Source: Eledone cirrhosa (taxonomy: Eukaryota). Taken from it: a stretch of 64,000 bases of DNA. The DNA is taken from positions 332,754,001 to 332,818,000 of the forward strand of contig OZ024743.1 of the NCBI GenBank assembly GCA_964016885.1, given 5' to 3'. The notes beneath the pieces were generated by a model. The model was not told where the DNA came from, made no database searches, and saw nothing but the letters and a program-made list of their open reading frames with translations. Below, piece by piece: positions 36,001 to 51,000 of the stretch (its first letter is position 1; every line of letters begins with the position of its first letter). The position numbers and the translations under genes are program-made.

Positions 36001-39000
36001 TTGAGCTATCAACACAACCACTTTACAAAGTAGACTGGGAGTGTTTTATTGAGCTATCAACACAACAACTTTACAAAGTAGACTGGGAGTGTTTTATTGA
36101 GTTATCAACACAACCACTTTACAAAGTAGACTGGGAGTGTTTTATTGAGCTATCAACACAACCACTTTACAAAGTAGACTGGGAGTGTTTTATTGAGCTA
36201 TCAACACAACTCTTCAAAGTGGGCTGGGGGTATTTTAATGAGCTATCAACACAAATTTACAAGGTAGACTGGGAGTGTTTTATTGAGCTATCAACACAAC
36301 CACTTTACAAAGTAGACTGGGAGTGTTTTATTGAGCTATCAACACAACTTTACAAAGTAGACTGGGAGTGTTTTATTGAGCTATCGACACAATCACTTTA
36401 CAAAGTAGACTGGGAGTGTTTTATTGAGCTATTAACACAACCACTTTACAAAGTAGACTGGGAGTGTTTTATTGAGCTATCAACACCACTTTACAAAGTG
36501 GGATGGGAATGTTTTATTGAGCCATCAACACAACTTTACAAAGTAGACTGGGAGTGTTTTCTTGAGCTATCAACACAACCACTTTAGAAAGTAGACTGGG
36601 AGTGTTTTATTGAGCTATCAACACAACCACTTTACAAAGTAGACTAGGAGTGTTTTATTGAGCTATCAACACAACTCTTCAAAGTGGGCTGGGAGTATTT
36701 TATTGAGCTATCAACACAAATTTACAAAGTAGACTGGGAGTGTTTTATTGAGCTATCAACAGAACTTTACAAAGTAGACTGGGAGTGTTTTATTGAGCTA
36801 TCAACAGAACTTTACAAAGTAGACGGGGACTGTTTTATTGAGCTATCGACACAATCACTTTACAAAGTAGACTGGGAGTGTTTTATTGAGTTATCAACAC
36901 AACTTTACAAAGTAGACTGGGAGTGTTTTATTGAGCTATCAACACCACTTTACAAAGTAGACTGTGAGTGTTTTATTGAGCTAACAACACAACTTTACAA
37001 AGTAGACTGGGAGTGTTTTATTGAGCTATCAACACAACCACTTTACAAAGTAGACTGGGACTGTTTTATTGAGCTATCAACACAACTTTACAAAGTAGAC
37101 TGGGAGTGTTTTATTGAGCTATCAACACAAGCACTTTACAAAGTAGACTGGGAGTGTTTTATTGAGCTATCAACACAACTTTACAAAGTAGACTGGGAGT
37201 GTTTTATTGAGCTATCAACACAACCACTTTACAAAGGAGACTGGGAGTGTTTTATTGAGCTATCAACACAACCACTTTACAAAGTAGACTGGGAGTGTTT
37301 TATTGAGCTATCAACACAACTTTACAAAGTAGACTGGGAGTGTTTTATTGAACTATCAACACAACCACTTTACAAAGTAGACTGGAAGTGTTTTATTGAA
37401 CTATCAACACAACCACTTTACAAAGTAGACTGGGAGTGTTTTATTGAGCTATCAACACAACTTTACAAAGTGGGCTGGGAGTGTTTTATTGAGCTATCAA
37501 CACAACTTTACAAAGTAGACTGGGAGTGTTTTATTGAGCTATCAACACAACAACTTTACAAAGTAGACTGGGAGTGTTTTATTGAGCTATCAACACAACC
37601 ACTTTACAAAGTAGACTGGCAGTCTCTAATTGAGCTATCAACACAACTTTATAAAGTAGACTGGGAGTGTTTTATTGAGCTATCGACACAATCACGTTAC
37701 AAAGTAGACTGGGAGTGTTTTATTGAGCTATTAACACAACCACTTTACAAAGTAGACTGGGAGTGTTTTATTGAGCTATGAACACAACCAATTTACAAAG
37801 TAGACTGGGAGTGTTTTATTGAGTTATCAACACAACCACTTTACAAATTAGACTGGGAGTGTTTTACTGAGCTATCAACACAACTTTACAAAGTAGCATG
37901 GGAGTGTTTTATTGAGCTATCGACACAATCACTTTACAAAGTAGTCTCTGAGTATTTTATTGAACTATTAACACAACCACTTTACAAAGTAGACTGGGAG
38001 TGTTTTATTGAGCTATCAACACAACTTTACAAAGTGGGATGGGAATGTTTTATTGAGCTATCAACACAACTTTACAAAGTAGACTGGGAGTGTTTTATTG
38101 AACTATCAACACAACCACTTTACAAAGTAGACTGGAAATGTTGTATTGAACTATCAACACAACCACTTTACAAAGTAGACTGGGAGTGTTTTATTGAGCT
38201 ATCAACACAACTTTACAAAGTAGACTGGGAGTGTTTTATTGAGCTATCAACACAACAACTTTACAAAGTAGACTGGGAATGTTTTATTGAGCTATCAACA
38301 CAACAACTTTACAAAGTAGACTGGGAGTGTTTTATTGAGCTATCAACACAACTTTATAAAGTAGACTGGGAGTGTTTTATTGAGCTATCGACACAATCAC
38401 TTTACAAAGTAGACTGGGAGTGTTTTATTGAGCTATTAACACAACCACTTTACAAAGTAGACTGGGAGTGTTTTATTGAGCTATGAACACAACCGATTTA
38501 CAAAGTAGACTGGGAGTGTTTTATTGAGCTATCAACACAACTCTACAAAGTAGACTGGCAGTGTTTTATTGAGCTATCAACACAACTCTTCAAAGTGGGC
38601 TGGGAGTATTTTATTGAGCTATCAACAGAACTTTACAAAGTAGACTGGCAGTGTTTTATTGAGCTATCAACATAACTTTACAAAGTAGACGGGGACTGTT
38701 TTATTGAGCTATCGACACAATCACTTTACAAAGTAGAATGGGAGTGTTTTATTGAGCTATCAACACAACTTTACAAAGTAGACTGGGAGTGTTTTATTGA
38801 ACTATCAACTCAACCACTTTACAAAGTAGACTGGGAGCGTTTTATTGAGCTATCAACACAACTTTACAAAGTAGACTGGGAGTGTTTTATTGAGCTATCA
38901 ACACAACTTTACAAAGTAGACTGGGAGTGTTTTATTGAGCTATCAACACAACCACTTTACAAAGTAGACTGGGAGTCTCTAATTGAGCTATCAACACAAC

Positions 39001-42000
39001 TTTATGAAGTAGACTGGGAGTGTTTTATTTAGCTATCGACACAATCACTTTACAAAGTAGACTGGGAGTGTTTTATTGAGCTATGAACACAACCAATTTA
39101 CAAAGTAGACTAGGAGTGTTTTATTGAGCTATCAACACAACTTTACAAAGTAAACTGGCAGTGTTTTATTGAGCTATCGACACAATCACTTTACAAAGTA
39201 GACTCCGAGTGTTTTATTGAGCTATTAACACAACCACTTTACAAAGTAGACTGGGAGTGTTTTATTGAGCTATGAACACACCCAATTTACAAAGTAGACT
39301 GGGAGTGTTTTATTGAGGTATCAACACAACTTTAGAAAGTAGAGTGGGAGTGTTCTATTGAGCTATCAACACAACTTTACAAAGTAGACTGGGACTGTTT
39401 TATTGAGCTATCGACACAATCACTTTACAAAGTAGACTGGGAGTGTTTTATTGAGCTATTAACACAACCACTTTACAAAGTAGACTGGGAGTGTTTTATT
39501 GAGCTATCAACACAACTTTACAAAGTGGGATGGGAATGTTTTATTGAGCCATCAACACAACTTTACAAAGTAGACTGGGAGTGTTTTCTTGAGCTATCAA
39601 CACAACCACTTTAGAAAGTAGACTGGGAGTGTTTTATTGAGCTATCAACACAACCACTTTACAAAGTAGACTGGGAGTGTTTTTTTGAGCTATCAACACA
39701 ACTCTTCAAAGTGGGCTGGGAGTATTTTATTGAGCTATCAACACAAATTTACAAAGTAGACTGGGAGTGTTTTATTGAGCTATCAACAGAACTTTACAAA
39801 GTAGACTGGGAGTGTTTTATTGAGCTATCAACAGAACTTTACAAAGTAGACGAGGACTATTTTATTGAGCTATCGACACAATCACTTTACAAAGTAGACT
39901 GGGAGTGTTTTATTGAGTTATCAACACAACGTTACAAAGTAGACTGGGAGTGTTTTATTGAGCTATCAACACCACTTTACAAAGTAGACTGTGAGTGTTT
40001 TATTGAGCTAACAACATAACTTTAAAAAGTAGACTGGGAGTGTTTTATTGAGCTATTAACACAACCACTTTACAAAGTAGACTGGGAGTGTTTTATTGAG
40101 CTATCAACACAACCACTTTACAAAGTCGACTGGGACTGTTTTATTGAGCTATCAACACAACTTTACAAAGTAGACTGGGAGTGTTTTATTGAGCTATCAA
40201 CACAACCACTTTACAAAGTAGACTGGGAGTCTCTAATTGAGCTATCAACACAACTTTATAAAGTAGACTGGGAGTGTTTTATTGAGCTATCGACACAATC
40301 ACGTTACAAAGTAGACTGGGAGTGTTTTACTGAGCTATCAACACAACCACTTTACAAAGTAGACTGGGAGTGTTTTATTGAGCTATCAACACAACTTTAC
40401 AAAGTAGAATGGGAGTGTTTTATTGAGCTATCGACACAATCACTTTACAAAGTAGTCTCTGAGTATTTTATTGAGCTATTAACACAACCACTTTACAAAG
40501 TAGACTGGGAGTGTTTTATTGAGCTATCAACACAACCACTTTACAAAGTAGACTGGGAGTGTTTTATTGAGCTATCAACACAACCACTTTACAAAGTAGA
40601 CTGGGAGTGTTTTATTGAGCTATCAACACAACTTTACAAAGTAGACTGGGAGTGTTTTATTGAACTATCAACACAACCGCTTTACAAAGTAGACTGGAAG
40701 TGTTTTATTGAGCTATCAACACAACTTTACAAAGTGGGCTGGGAGAGTTTTATTGAGCTATCAACACAACTTTACAAAGTGGACTGGGAGTGTTTTATTA
40801 AGCTATCAACACAACTTTACAAAGTAGACTGGGAATGTTTTATTGAGCTATCAACACAACAACTTTGCAAAGTAGACTGGGAGTGTTTTATTGAGCTATC
40901 AACACAATCACTTTACAAAGTAGACTGGGAGTGTTTTCTTGAGCTATCAACACAACCACTTTAGAAAGTAGACTGGGAGTGTTTTATTGAGCTATCAACA
41001 CAACTCTTCAAAGTAGGCTGGGGGTATTTTATTGAGCTATCAACACAAATTTACAAAGTAGACTGGGAGTGTTTTATTGAGCTATCAACAGAACTTTACA
41101 AATTAGATTGGGAGTGTTTTATTGAGCTATCAACACAACCACTTTACAAAGTAGACTGGGAGTGTTTTATTGAGCTATCAACAGAACTTTACAAAGTAGA
41201 CGGGGACTGTTTTATTGATCTATCGACACAATCACTTTACAAAGTAGACTGGGAGTGTTTTATTGAGCTATCAACATCACTTTACAAGGTAGACTGTGAG
41301 TGTTTTATTGAGCTAACAACACAACTTTACAAAGTAGACTGGGAGTGTTTTATTGAGCTATTAACACAACCACTTTACAAAGTAGACTGGGAGTGTTTTA
41401 TTGAGCTATCAACACAACCACTTTACAAAGTAGACTGGGACTGTTTTATTGAGCTATCAACACAACTTTACAAAGTAGACTGGGAGTGTTTTATTGAGCT
41501 ATAAAAACAAGCACTTTACAAAGTAGACTGGGAGTGTTTTATTGAGCTATCAACACAACTTTACAAAGTAGACTGGGAGTGTTTTATTGAGCTATCAACA
41601 CAACCACTTTATAAATTAGACTGGGAGTGTTTTATTGAACTATCAACACAACCACTTTACAAAGTAGACTGGGAGTGTTTTATTGAGCTATCAACACAAC
41701 CACTTTACAAAGTAGACTGGGAGTGTTTTATTGAGCTATCAACACAACTTTATAAAGTAGACTGGGAGTGTTTTATTGTGCTATCGAAACAATCACTTTA
41801 CAAAGTAGACTGGGAGTGTTTTATTGAACTATTAACACAACCACTTTACAAAGTAGATTGGGAGTGTTTTATTGAGCTATGAACATAACCACTTTACAAA
41901 GTAGACTGGGAGTGTTTTATTGAGCTATCAACACAACTCTTCAAAGTGGGCTGGGAGTGTTTTATTGAGCTATCAACACAACCACTTTACAAAGTAGACT

Positions 42001-45000
42001 GGGAGTGTTTTATTGAGCTATCAACACAACTCTTCAAAGTGGGCTGGGAGTGTTTTATTGAGCTATCAACACAAATTTACAAAGTAGACTGGGAGTGTTT
42101 TATTGAGCTATTAAGACAACCACTTTACAAAGTAGACTGGAAGTGTTTTATTGAACTATCAACACAACCACGTTACAAAGTAGACTGGGAGTGTTTTATT
42201 GAGCTATCAACACAACTCTACAAATTAGACTTGGAGTGTTTTATTAAGCTATCAACACAACTTTACAAAGTGGGCTGGGAGTGTTTTATTGAGCTATCAA
42301 CACAACTTTACAAAGTAGACTGGGAATGTTTTATTGAGCTATCAACACAACAACTTTGCAAAGTAGACTGGGAGTGTTTTATTCAGCTATCAACACAACC
42401 ACTTTACAAAGTAGACTGGGAGGGTTTTATTGAGCTATCAACACAACCACTTTACAAAGTAGACTGGGAGTGTTTTATTGAGCTATCAACACAACCACTT
42501 TACAAAGTAGACTGGGAGTGTTTTATTGAGCTATCAACACAACTTTATAAAGTAGACTGGGAGTGTTTTATTGAGCTATTAACACAACCACTTTACAAAG
42601 GAGACTGGGAATGTTTTATTGAGCTATCAACACAACAACTTTACAAAGTAGACTGGGAGTGTTTTATTGAGTTATCAACACAACTTTACAAAGTAGACTG
42701 GGAGTGTTTTATTGAGCTATCAACACCACTTTACAAAAATAGACTGGGAGTGTTTTATTGAGCTATCAACACAACTTTACAAAGTAGACTGGGAGTGTTT
42801 TATTGAGCTATTAACACAACCACTTTACAAAGTAGACTAGGAGTGTTTTATTGAGCTATCAACACAACCACTTTACAAAGTAGACTGGGACTGTTTTATT
42901 GAGCTATCAACACAACTTTACAAAGTAGACTGGGAGTGTTTTGTTGAGCTATCAACACAACAACTTTACAAAGTAAACTGGGAGTGTTTTATTGAGCTAT
43001 CAACACAACCACTTTACAAAGTAGACTGGGAGTGTTTTATTGAGCTATCAACACAACTTTATAAAGTAGACTGGGAGTGTTTTATTGAGCTATTAACACA
43101 ACCACTTTACAAAGGAGACTGGGAATGTTTTATTGAGCTATCAACACAACAACTTTACAAAGTAGACTGGGAGTGTTTTATTGAGCTATCAACACAACCA
43201 CTTCACAAAGTAGACTGGGAGTGTTTTATTGAGCTATCAACACAACTTTATAAAGTAGACTGGGAGTGTTTTATTGTGCTATCGAAACAATCACTTTACA
43301 AAGTAGACTGGGAGTGTTTTATTGAGCTATTAACACAACCACTTTACAAAGTAGACTGGGAGTGTTTTATTGAGCTATGAACATAACCACTTTACAAAGT
43401 AGACTGGGAGTGTTTTATTGAGCTATCAACACAACCACTTTACAAAGTAGACTGGGAGTGTTTTATTGAGCTATCAACAGAACTTTACAAATTAGATTGG
43501 GAGTGTTTTATTGAGCTATCAACACAACCACTTTACAAAGTAGACTGGGAGTGTTTTATTGAGCTATCAACAGAACTTTACAAAGTAGACGGGGACTGTT
43601 ATATTGATCTATCGACACAATCACTTTACAAAGTAGACTGGGAGTGTTTTATTGAGCTATCAACATCACTTTACAAGGTAGACTGTGAGTGTTTTATTGA
43701 GCTAACAACACAACTTTACAAAGTAGACTGGGAGTGTTTTATTGAGCTATTAACACAACCACTTTACAAAGTAGACTGGGAGTGTTTTATTGAGCTATCA
43801 ACACAACCACTTTACAAAGTAGACTGGGACTGTTTTATTGAGCTATCAACACAACTTTACAAAGTAGACTGGGAGTGTTTTATTGAGCTATAAAAACAAG
43901 CACTTTACAAAGTAGACTGGGAGTGTTTTATTGAGCTATCAACACAACTTTACAAAGTAGACTGGGAGTGTTTTATTGAGCTATCAACACAACCACTTTA
44001 TAAATTAGACTGGGAGTGTTTTATTGAACTATCAACACAACCACTTTACAAAGTAGACTGGGAGTGTTTTATTGAGCTATCAACACAACCACTTTACAAA
44101 GTAGACTGGGAGTGTTTTATTGAGCTATCAACACAACTTTATAAAGTAGACTGGGAGTGTTTTATTGTGCTATCGAAACAATCACTTTACAAAGTAGACT
44201 GGGAGTGTTTTATTGAACTATTAACACAACCACTTTACAAAGTAGATTGGGAGTGTTTTATTGAGCTATGAACATAACCACTTTACAAAGTAGACTGGGA
44301 GTGTTTTATTGAGCTATCAACACAACTCTTCAAAGTGGGCTGGGAGTGTTTTATTGAGCTATCAACACAACCACTTTACAAAGTAGACTGGGAGTGTTTT
44401 ATTGAGCTATCAACACAACTCTTCAAAGTGGGCTGGGAGTGTTTTATTGAGCTATCAACACAAATTTACAAAGTAGACTGGGAGTGTTTTATTGAGCTAT
44501 TAAGACAACCACTTTACAAAGTAGACTGGAAGTGTTTTATTGAACTATCAACACAACCACGTTACAAAGTAGACTGGGAGTGTTTTATTGAGCTATCAAC
44601 ACAACTCTACAAATTAGACTTGGAGTGTTTTATTAAGCTATCAACACAACTTTACAAAGTGGGCTGGGAGTGTTTTATTGAGCTATCAACACAACTTTAC
44701 AAAGTAGACTGGGAATGTTTTATTGAGCTATCAACACAACAACTTTGCAAAGTAGACTGGGAGTGTTTTATTCAGCTATCAACACAACCACTTTACAAAG
44801 TAGACTGGGAGGGTTTTATTGAGCTATCAACACAACCACTTTACAAAGTAGACTGGGAGTGTTTTATTGAGTTATCAACACAACTTTACAAAGTAGACTG
44901 GGAGTGTTTTATTGAGCTATCAACACCACTTTACAAAAATAGACTGGGAGTGTTTTATTGAGCTATCAACACAACTTTACAAAGTAGACTGGGAGTGTTT

Positions 45001-48000
45001 TATTGAGCTATTAACACAACCACTTTACAAAGTAGACTAGGAGTGTTTTATTGAGCTATCAACACAACCACTTTACAAAGTAGACTGGGACTGTTTTATT
45101 GAGCTATCAACACAACTTTACAAAGTAGACTGGGAGTGTTTTGTTGAGCTATCAACACAACAACTTTACAAAGTAAACTGGGAGTGTTTTATTGAGCTAT
45201 CAACACAACCACTTTACAAAGTAGACTGGGAGTGTTTTATTGAGCTATCAACACAACTCTTCAAAGTGGGCTGGGAGTGTTTTATTGAGCTATCAACACA
45301 AATTTACAAAGTAGACTGGGAGTGTTTTATTGAGCTATTAAGACAACCACTTTACAAAGTAGATTGGAAGTGTTTTATTGAACTATCAACACAACCACGT
45401 TACAAAGTAGACTGGGAGTGTTTTATTGAGCTATCAACACAACTCTACAAATTAGACTTGGAGTGTTTTATTAAGCTATCAACACAACTTTACAAAGTGG
45501 GCTGGGAGTGTTTTATTGAGCTATCAACACAACTTTACAAAGTAGACTGGGAATGTTTTATTGAGCTATCAACACAACAACTTTGCAAAGTAGACTGGGA
45601 GTGTTTTATTCAGCTATCAACACAACCACTTTACAAAGTAGACTGGGAGGGTTTTATTGAGCTATCAACACAACCACTTTACAAAGTAGACTGGGAGTGT
45701 TTTATTGAGTTATCAACACAACTTTACAAAGTAGACTGGGAGTGTTTTATTGAGCTATCAACACCACTTTACAAAAATAGACTGGGAGTGTTTTATTGAG
45801 CTATCAACACAACTTTACAAAGTAGACTGGGAGTGTTTTATTGAGCTATTAACACAACCACTTTACAAAGTAGACTAGGAGTGTTTTATTGAGCTATCAA
45901 CACAACCACTTTACAAAGTAGACTGGGACTGTTTTATTGAGCTATCAACACAACTTTACAAAGTAGACTGGGAGTGTTTTGTTGAGCTATCAACACAACA
46001 ACTTTACAAAGTAAACTGGGAGTGTTTTATTGAGCTATCAACACAACCACTTTACAAAGTAGACTGGGAGTGTTTTATTGAGCTATCAACACAACTTTAT
46101 AAAGTAGACTGGGAGTGTTTTATTGAGCTATTAACACAACCACTTTACAAAGGAGACTGGGAATGTTTTATTGAGCTATCAACACAACAACTTTACAAAG
46201 TAGACTGGGAGTGTTTTATTGAGCTATCAACACAACCACTTCACAAAGTAGACTGGGAGTGTTTTATTGAGCTATCAACACAACTTTATAAAGTAGACTG
46301 GGAGTGTTTTATTGTGCTATCGAAACAATCACTTTACAAAGTAGACTGGGAGTGTTTTATTGAGCTATTAACACAACCACTTTACAAAGTAGACTGGGAG
46401 TGTTTTATTGAGCTATGAACATAACCACTTTACAAAGTAGACTGGGAGTGTTTTATTGAGCTATCAACACAACCACTTTACAAAGTAGACTGGGAGTGTT
46501 TTATTGAGCTATCAACACAAATTTACAAAGTAGACTGGGAGTGTTTTATTGAGCTATTAAGACAACCACTTTACAAAGTAGACTGGAAGTGTTTTATTGA
46601 ATTATCAACACAACCACTTTACAAAGTAGACTGGGAGTGTTTTATTGAGCTATCAACACAACTTTACAAATTAGACTTGGAGTGTTTTATTAAGCTATCA
46701 ACACAACTTTACAAAGTGGGCTGGGAGTGTTTTATTGAGCTATCAACACAACTTTACAAAGTAGACTGGGAATGTTTTATTGAGCTATCAACACAACAAC
46801 TTTGCAAAGTAGACTGGGAGTGTTTTATTGAGCTATCAACACAACTTTACAAAGTAAACTGGCAGTGTTTTATTGAGCTATCGACAGAATCACTTTACAA
46901 AGTAGACTGGGAGTGTTTTCTTGAGCTATCAACACAACCACTTTACAAAGTAGACTGGGAGTGTTTTATTGAGCTATCAACACAACTCTTCAAAGTGGGC
47001 TGGGGGTATTTTATTGAGCTATCAACACAAATTTACAAAGTAGACTGGGAGTGTTTTATTGAGCTATCAACAGAAACTTACAAAGTAGACTGGGAGTGTT
47101 TTATTGAGCTATCAACAGAACTTTACAAAGTAGACAGGGACTGTTTTATTGATCTATCGACACAATCACTTTATAAAGTAGACTGGGAGTGTTTTATTGA
47201 GCTATCAACATCACTTTACAAGGTAGACTGTGAGTGTTTTATTGAGCTAACAACACAACTTTACAAAGTAGACTGGGAGTGTTTTATTGAGCTATTAACA
47301 CAACCACTTTACAAAGTAGACTGGGAGTGTTTTACTGAGCTATCAACACAACTTTACAAAGTAGAATGGGAGTGTTTTATTGAGCTATCGACACAATCAC
47401 TTTACAAAGTAGTCTCTCAGTATTTTATTGAGCTATTAACACAACCACTTTACAAAGTAGACTGGGAGTGTTTTATTGAGCTATCAACACAACCACTTTA
47501 CAAAGTAGACTGGTAGTGTTTTATTGAGCTATCAACACAACTTTACAAAGTAGACTGGGAGTGTTTTATTGAACTATCAACACAACCACTTTACAAAGTA
47601 GACTGGCAGTGTTTTATTGAACTATCAACACAACCACTTTACAAAGTAGACTGGGAGTGTTTTATTGAGCTATCAACACAACTTTACAAAGTGGGCTGGG
47701 AGTGTTTTATTGAGCTATCAACACAACTTTACAAAGTAGACTGGGAGTGTTTTATTGAGCTATCAACACAACAACTTTACAAAGTAGACTGGGAGTGTTT
47801 TGTTGAGCTATCAACACAACAACTTTACAAAGTAAACTGGGAGTGTTTTATTGAGCTATCAACACAACCACTTTACAAAGTAGACTGGGAGTGTTTTATT
47901 GAGCTATCAACACAACTCTTCAAAGTGGGCTGGGAGTGTTTTATTGAGCTATCAACACAAATTTACAAAGTAGACTGGGAGTGTTTTATTGAGCTATTAA

Positions 48001-51000
48001 GACAACCACTTTACAAAGTAGACTGGAAGTGTTTTATTGAACTATCAACACAACCACGTTACAAAGTAGACTGGGAGTGTTTTATTGAGCTATCAACACA
48101 ACTCTACAAATTAGACTTGGAGTGTTTTATTAAGCTATCAACACAACTTTACAAAGTGGGCTGGGAGTGTTTTATTGAGCTATCAACACAACTTTACAAA
48201 GTAGACTGGGAATGTTTTATTGAGCTATCAACACAACAACTTTGCAAAGTAGACTGGGAGTGTTTTATTCAGCTATCAACACAACCACTTTACAAAGTAG
48301 ACTGGGAGGGTTTTATTGAGCTATCAACACAACTTTACAAAGTAGACTGGGAGTGTTTTATTGAGCTATTAACACAACCACTTTACAAAGTAGACTAGGA
48401 GTGTTTTATTGAGCTATCAACACAACCACTTTACAAAGTAGACTGGGACTGTTTTATTGAGCTATCAACACAACTTTACAAAGTAGACTGGGAGTGTTTT
48501 GTTGAGCTATCAACACAACAACTTTACAAAGTAAACTGGGAGTGTTTTATTGAGCTATCAACACAACCACTTTACAAAGTAGACTGGGAGTGTTTTATTG
48601 AGCTATCAACACAACTTTATAAAGTAGACTGGGAGTGTTTTATTGAGCTATTAACACAACCACTTTACAAAGGAGACTGGGAATGTTTTATTGAGCTATC
48701 AACACAACAACTTTACAAAGTAGACTGGGAGTGTTTTATTGAGCTATCAACACAACCACTTCACAAAGTAGACTGGGAGTGTTTTATTGAGCTATCAACA
48801 CAACTTTATAAAGTAGACTGGGAGTGTTTTATTGTGCTATCGAAACAATCACTTTACAAAGTAGACTGGGAGTGTTTTATTGAGCTATTAACACAACCAC
48901 TTTACAAAGTAGACTGGGAGTGTTTTATTGAGCTATGAACATAACCACTTTACAAAGTAGACTGGGAGTGTTTTATTGAGCTATCAACACAACCACTTTA
49001 CAAAGTAGACTGGGAGTGTTTTATTGAGCTATCAACACAAATTTACAAAGTAGACTGGGAGTGTTTTATTGAGCTATTAAGACAACCACTTTACAAAGTA
49101 GACTGGAAGTGTTTTATTGAATTATCAACACAACCACTTTACAAAGTAGACTGGGAGTGTTTTATTGAGCTATCAACACAACTTTACAAAGTGGGCTGGG
49201 AGTGTTTTATTGAGCTATCAACACAACTTTACAAAGTAGACTGGGAATGTTTTATTGAGCTATCAACACAACAACTTTGCAAAGTAGACTGGGAGTGTTT
49301 TATTGAGCTATCAACACAACTTTACAAAGTAAACTGGCAGTGTTTTATTGAGCTATCGACAGAATCACTTTACAAAGTAGACTGGGAGTGTTTTCTTGAG
49401 CTATCAACACAACCACTTTACAAAGTAGACTGGGAGTGTTTTATTGAGCTATCAACACAACTCTTCAAAGTGGGCTGGGGGTATTTTATTGAGCTATCAA
49501 CACAAATTTACAAAGTAGACTGGGAGTGTTTTATTGAGCTATCAACAGAACTTTACAAATTAGATTGGGAGTGTTTTATTGAGCTATCAACAGAAACTTA
49601 CAAAGTAGACTGGGAGTGTTTTATTGAGCTATCAACAGAACTTTACAAAGTAGACAGGGACTGTTTTATTGATCTATCGACACAATCACTTTATAAAGTA
49701 GACTGGGAGTGTTTTATTGAGCTATCAACATCACTTTACAAGGTAGACTGTGAGTGTTTTATTGAGCTAACAACACAACTTTACAAAGTAGACTGGGAGT
49801 GTTTTATTGAGCTATTAACACAACCACTTTACAAAGTAGACTGGGAGTGTTTTACTGAGCTATCAACACAACTTTACAAAGTAGAATGGGAGTGTTTTAT
49901 TGAGCTATCGACACAATCACTTTACAAAGTAGTCTCTCAGTATTTTATTGAGCTATTAACACAACCACTTTACAAAGTAGACTGGGAGTGTTTTATTGAG
50001 CTATCAACACAACCACTTTACAAAGTAGACTGGTAGTGTTTTATTGAGCTATCAACACAACTTTACAAAGTAGACTGGGAGTGTTTTATTGAACTATCAA
50101 CACAACCACTTTACAAAGTAGACTGGCAGTGTTTTATTGAACTATCAACACAACCACTTTACAAAGTAGACTGGGAGTGTTTTATTGAGCTATCAACACA
50201 ACTTTACAAAGTGGGCTGGGAGTGTTTTATTGAGCTATCAACACAACAACTTTACAAAGTAGACTGGGAGTGTTTTATTGAGTTATCAACACAACCACTT
50301 TACAAAGTAGACTGGGAGTGTTTTATTGAGCTATCAACACAACCACTTTACAAAGTAGACTGGGAGTGTTTTATTGAGCTATCAACACAACTCTTCAAAG
50401 TGGGCTGGGGGTATTTTATTGAGCTATCAACACAAATTTACAAGGTAGACTGGGAGTGTTTTATTGAGCTATCAACACAACCACTTTACAAAGTAGACTG
50501 GGAGTGTTTTATTGAGCTATCAACACAACTTTACAAAGTAGACTGGGAGTGTTTTATTGAGCTATCGACACAATCACTTTACAAAGTAGACTGGGAGTGT
50601 TTTATTGAGCTATTAAAACAACCACTTTACAAAGTAGACTGGGAGTGTTTTATTGAGCTATCAACTCAACTTTACAAAGTGGGATGGGAATGTTTTATTG
50701 AGCCATCAACACAACTTTACAAAGTAGACTGGGAGTGTTTTCTTGAGCTATCAACACAACTCTTCAAAGTGGGCTGGGGGTATTTTATTGAGCTATCAAC
50801 ACAAATTTACAAGGTAGACTGGGAGTGTTTTATTGAGCTATCAACACAACCACTTTACAAAGTAGACTGGGAGTGTTTTATTGAGCTATCAACACAACTT
50901 TACAAAGTAGACTGGGAGTGTTTTATTGAGCTATCGACACAATCACTTTACAAAGTAGACTGGGAGTGTTTTATTGAGCTATTAACACAACCACTTTACA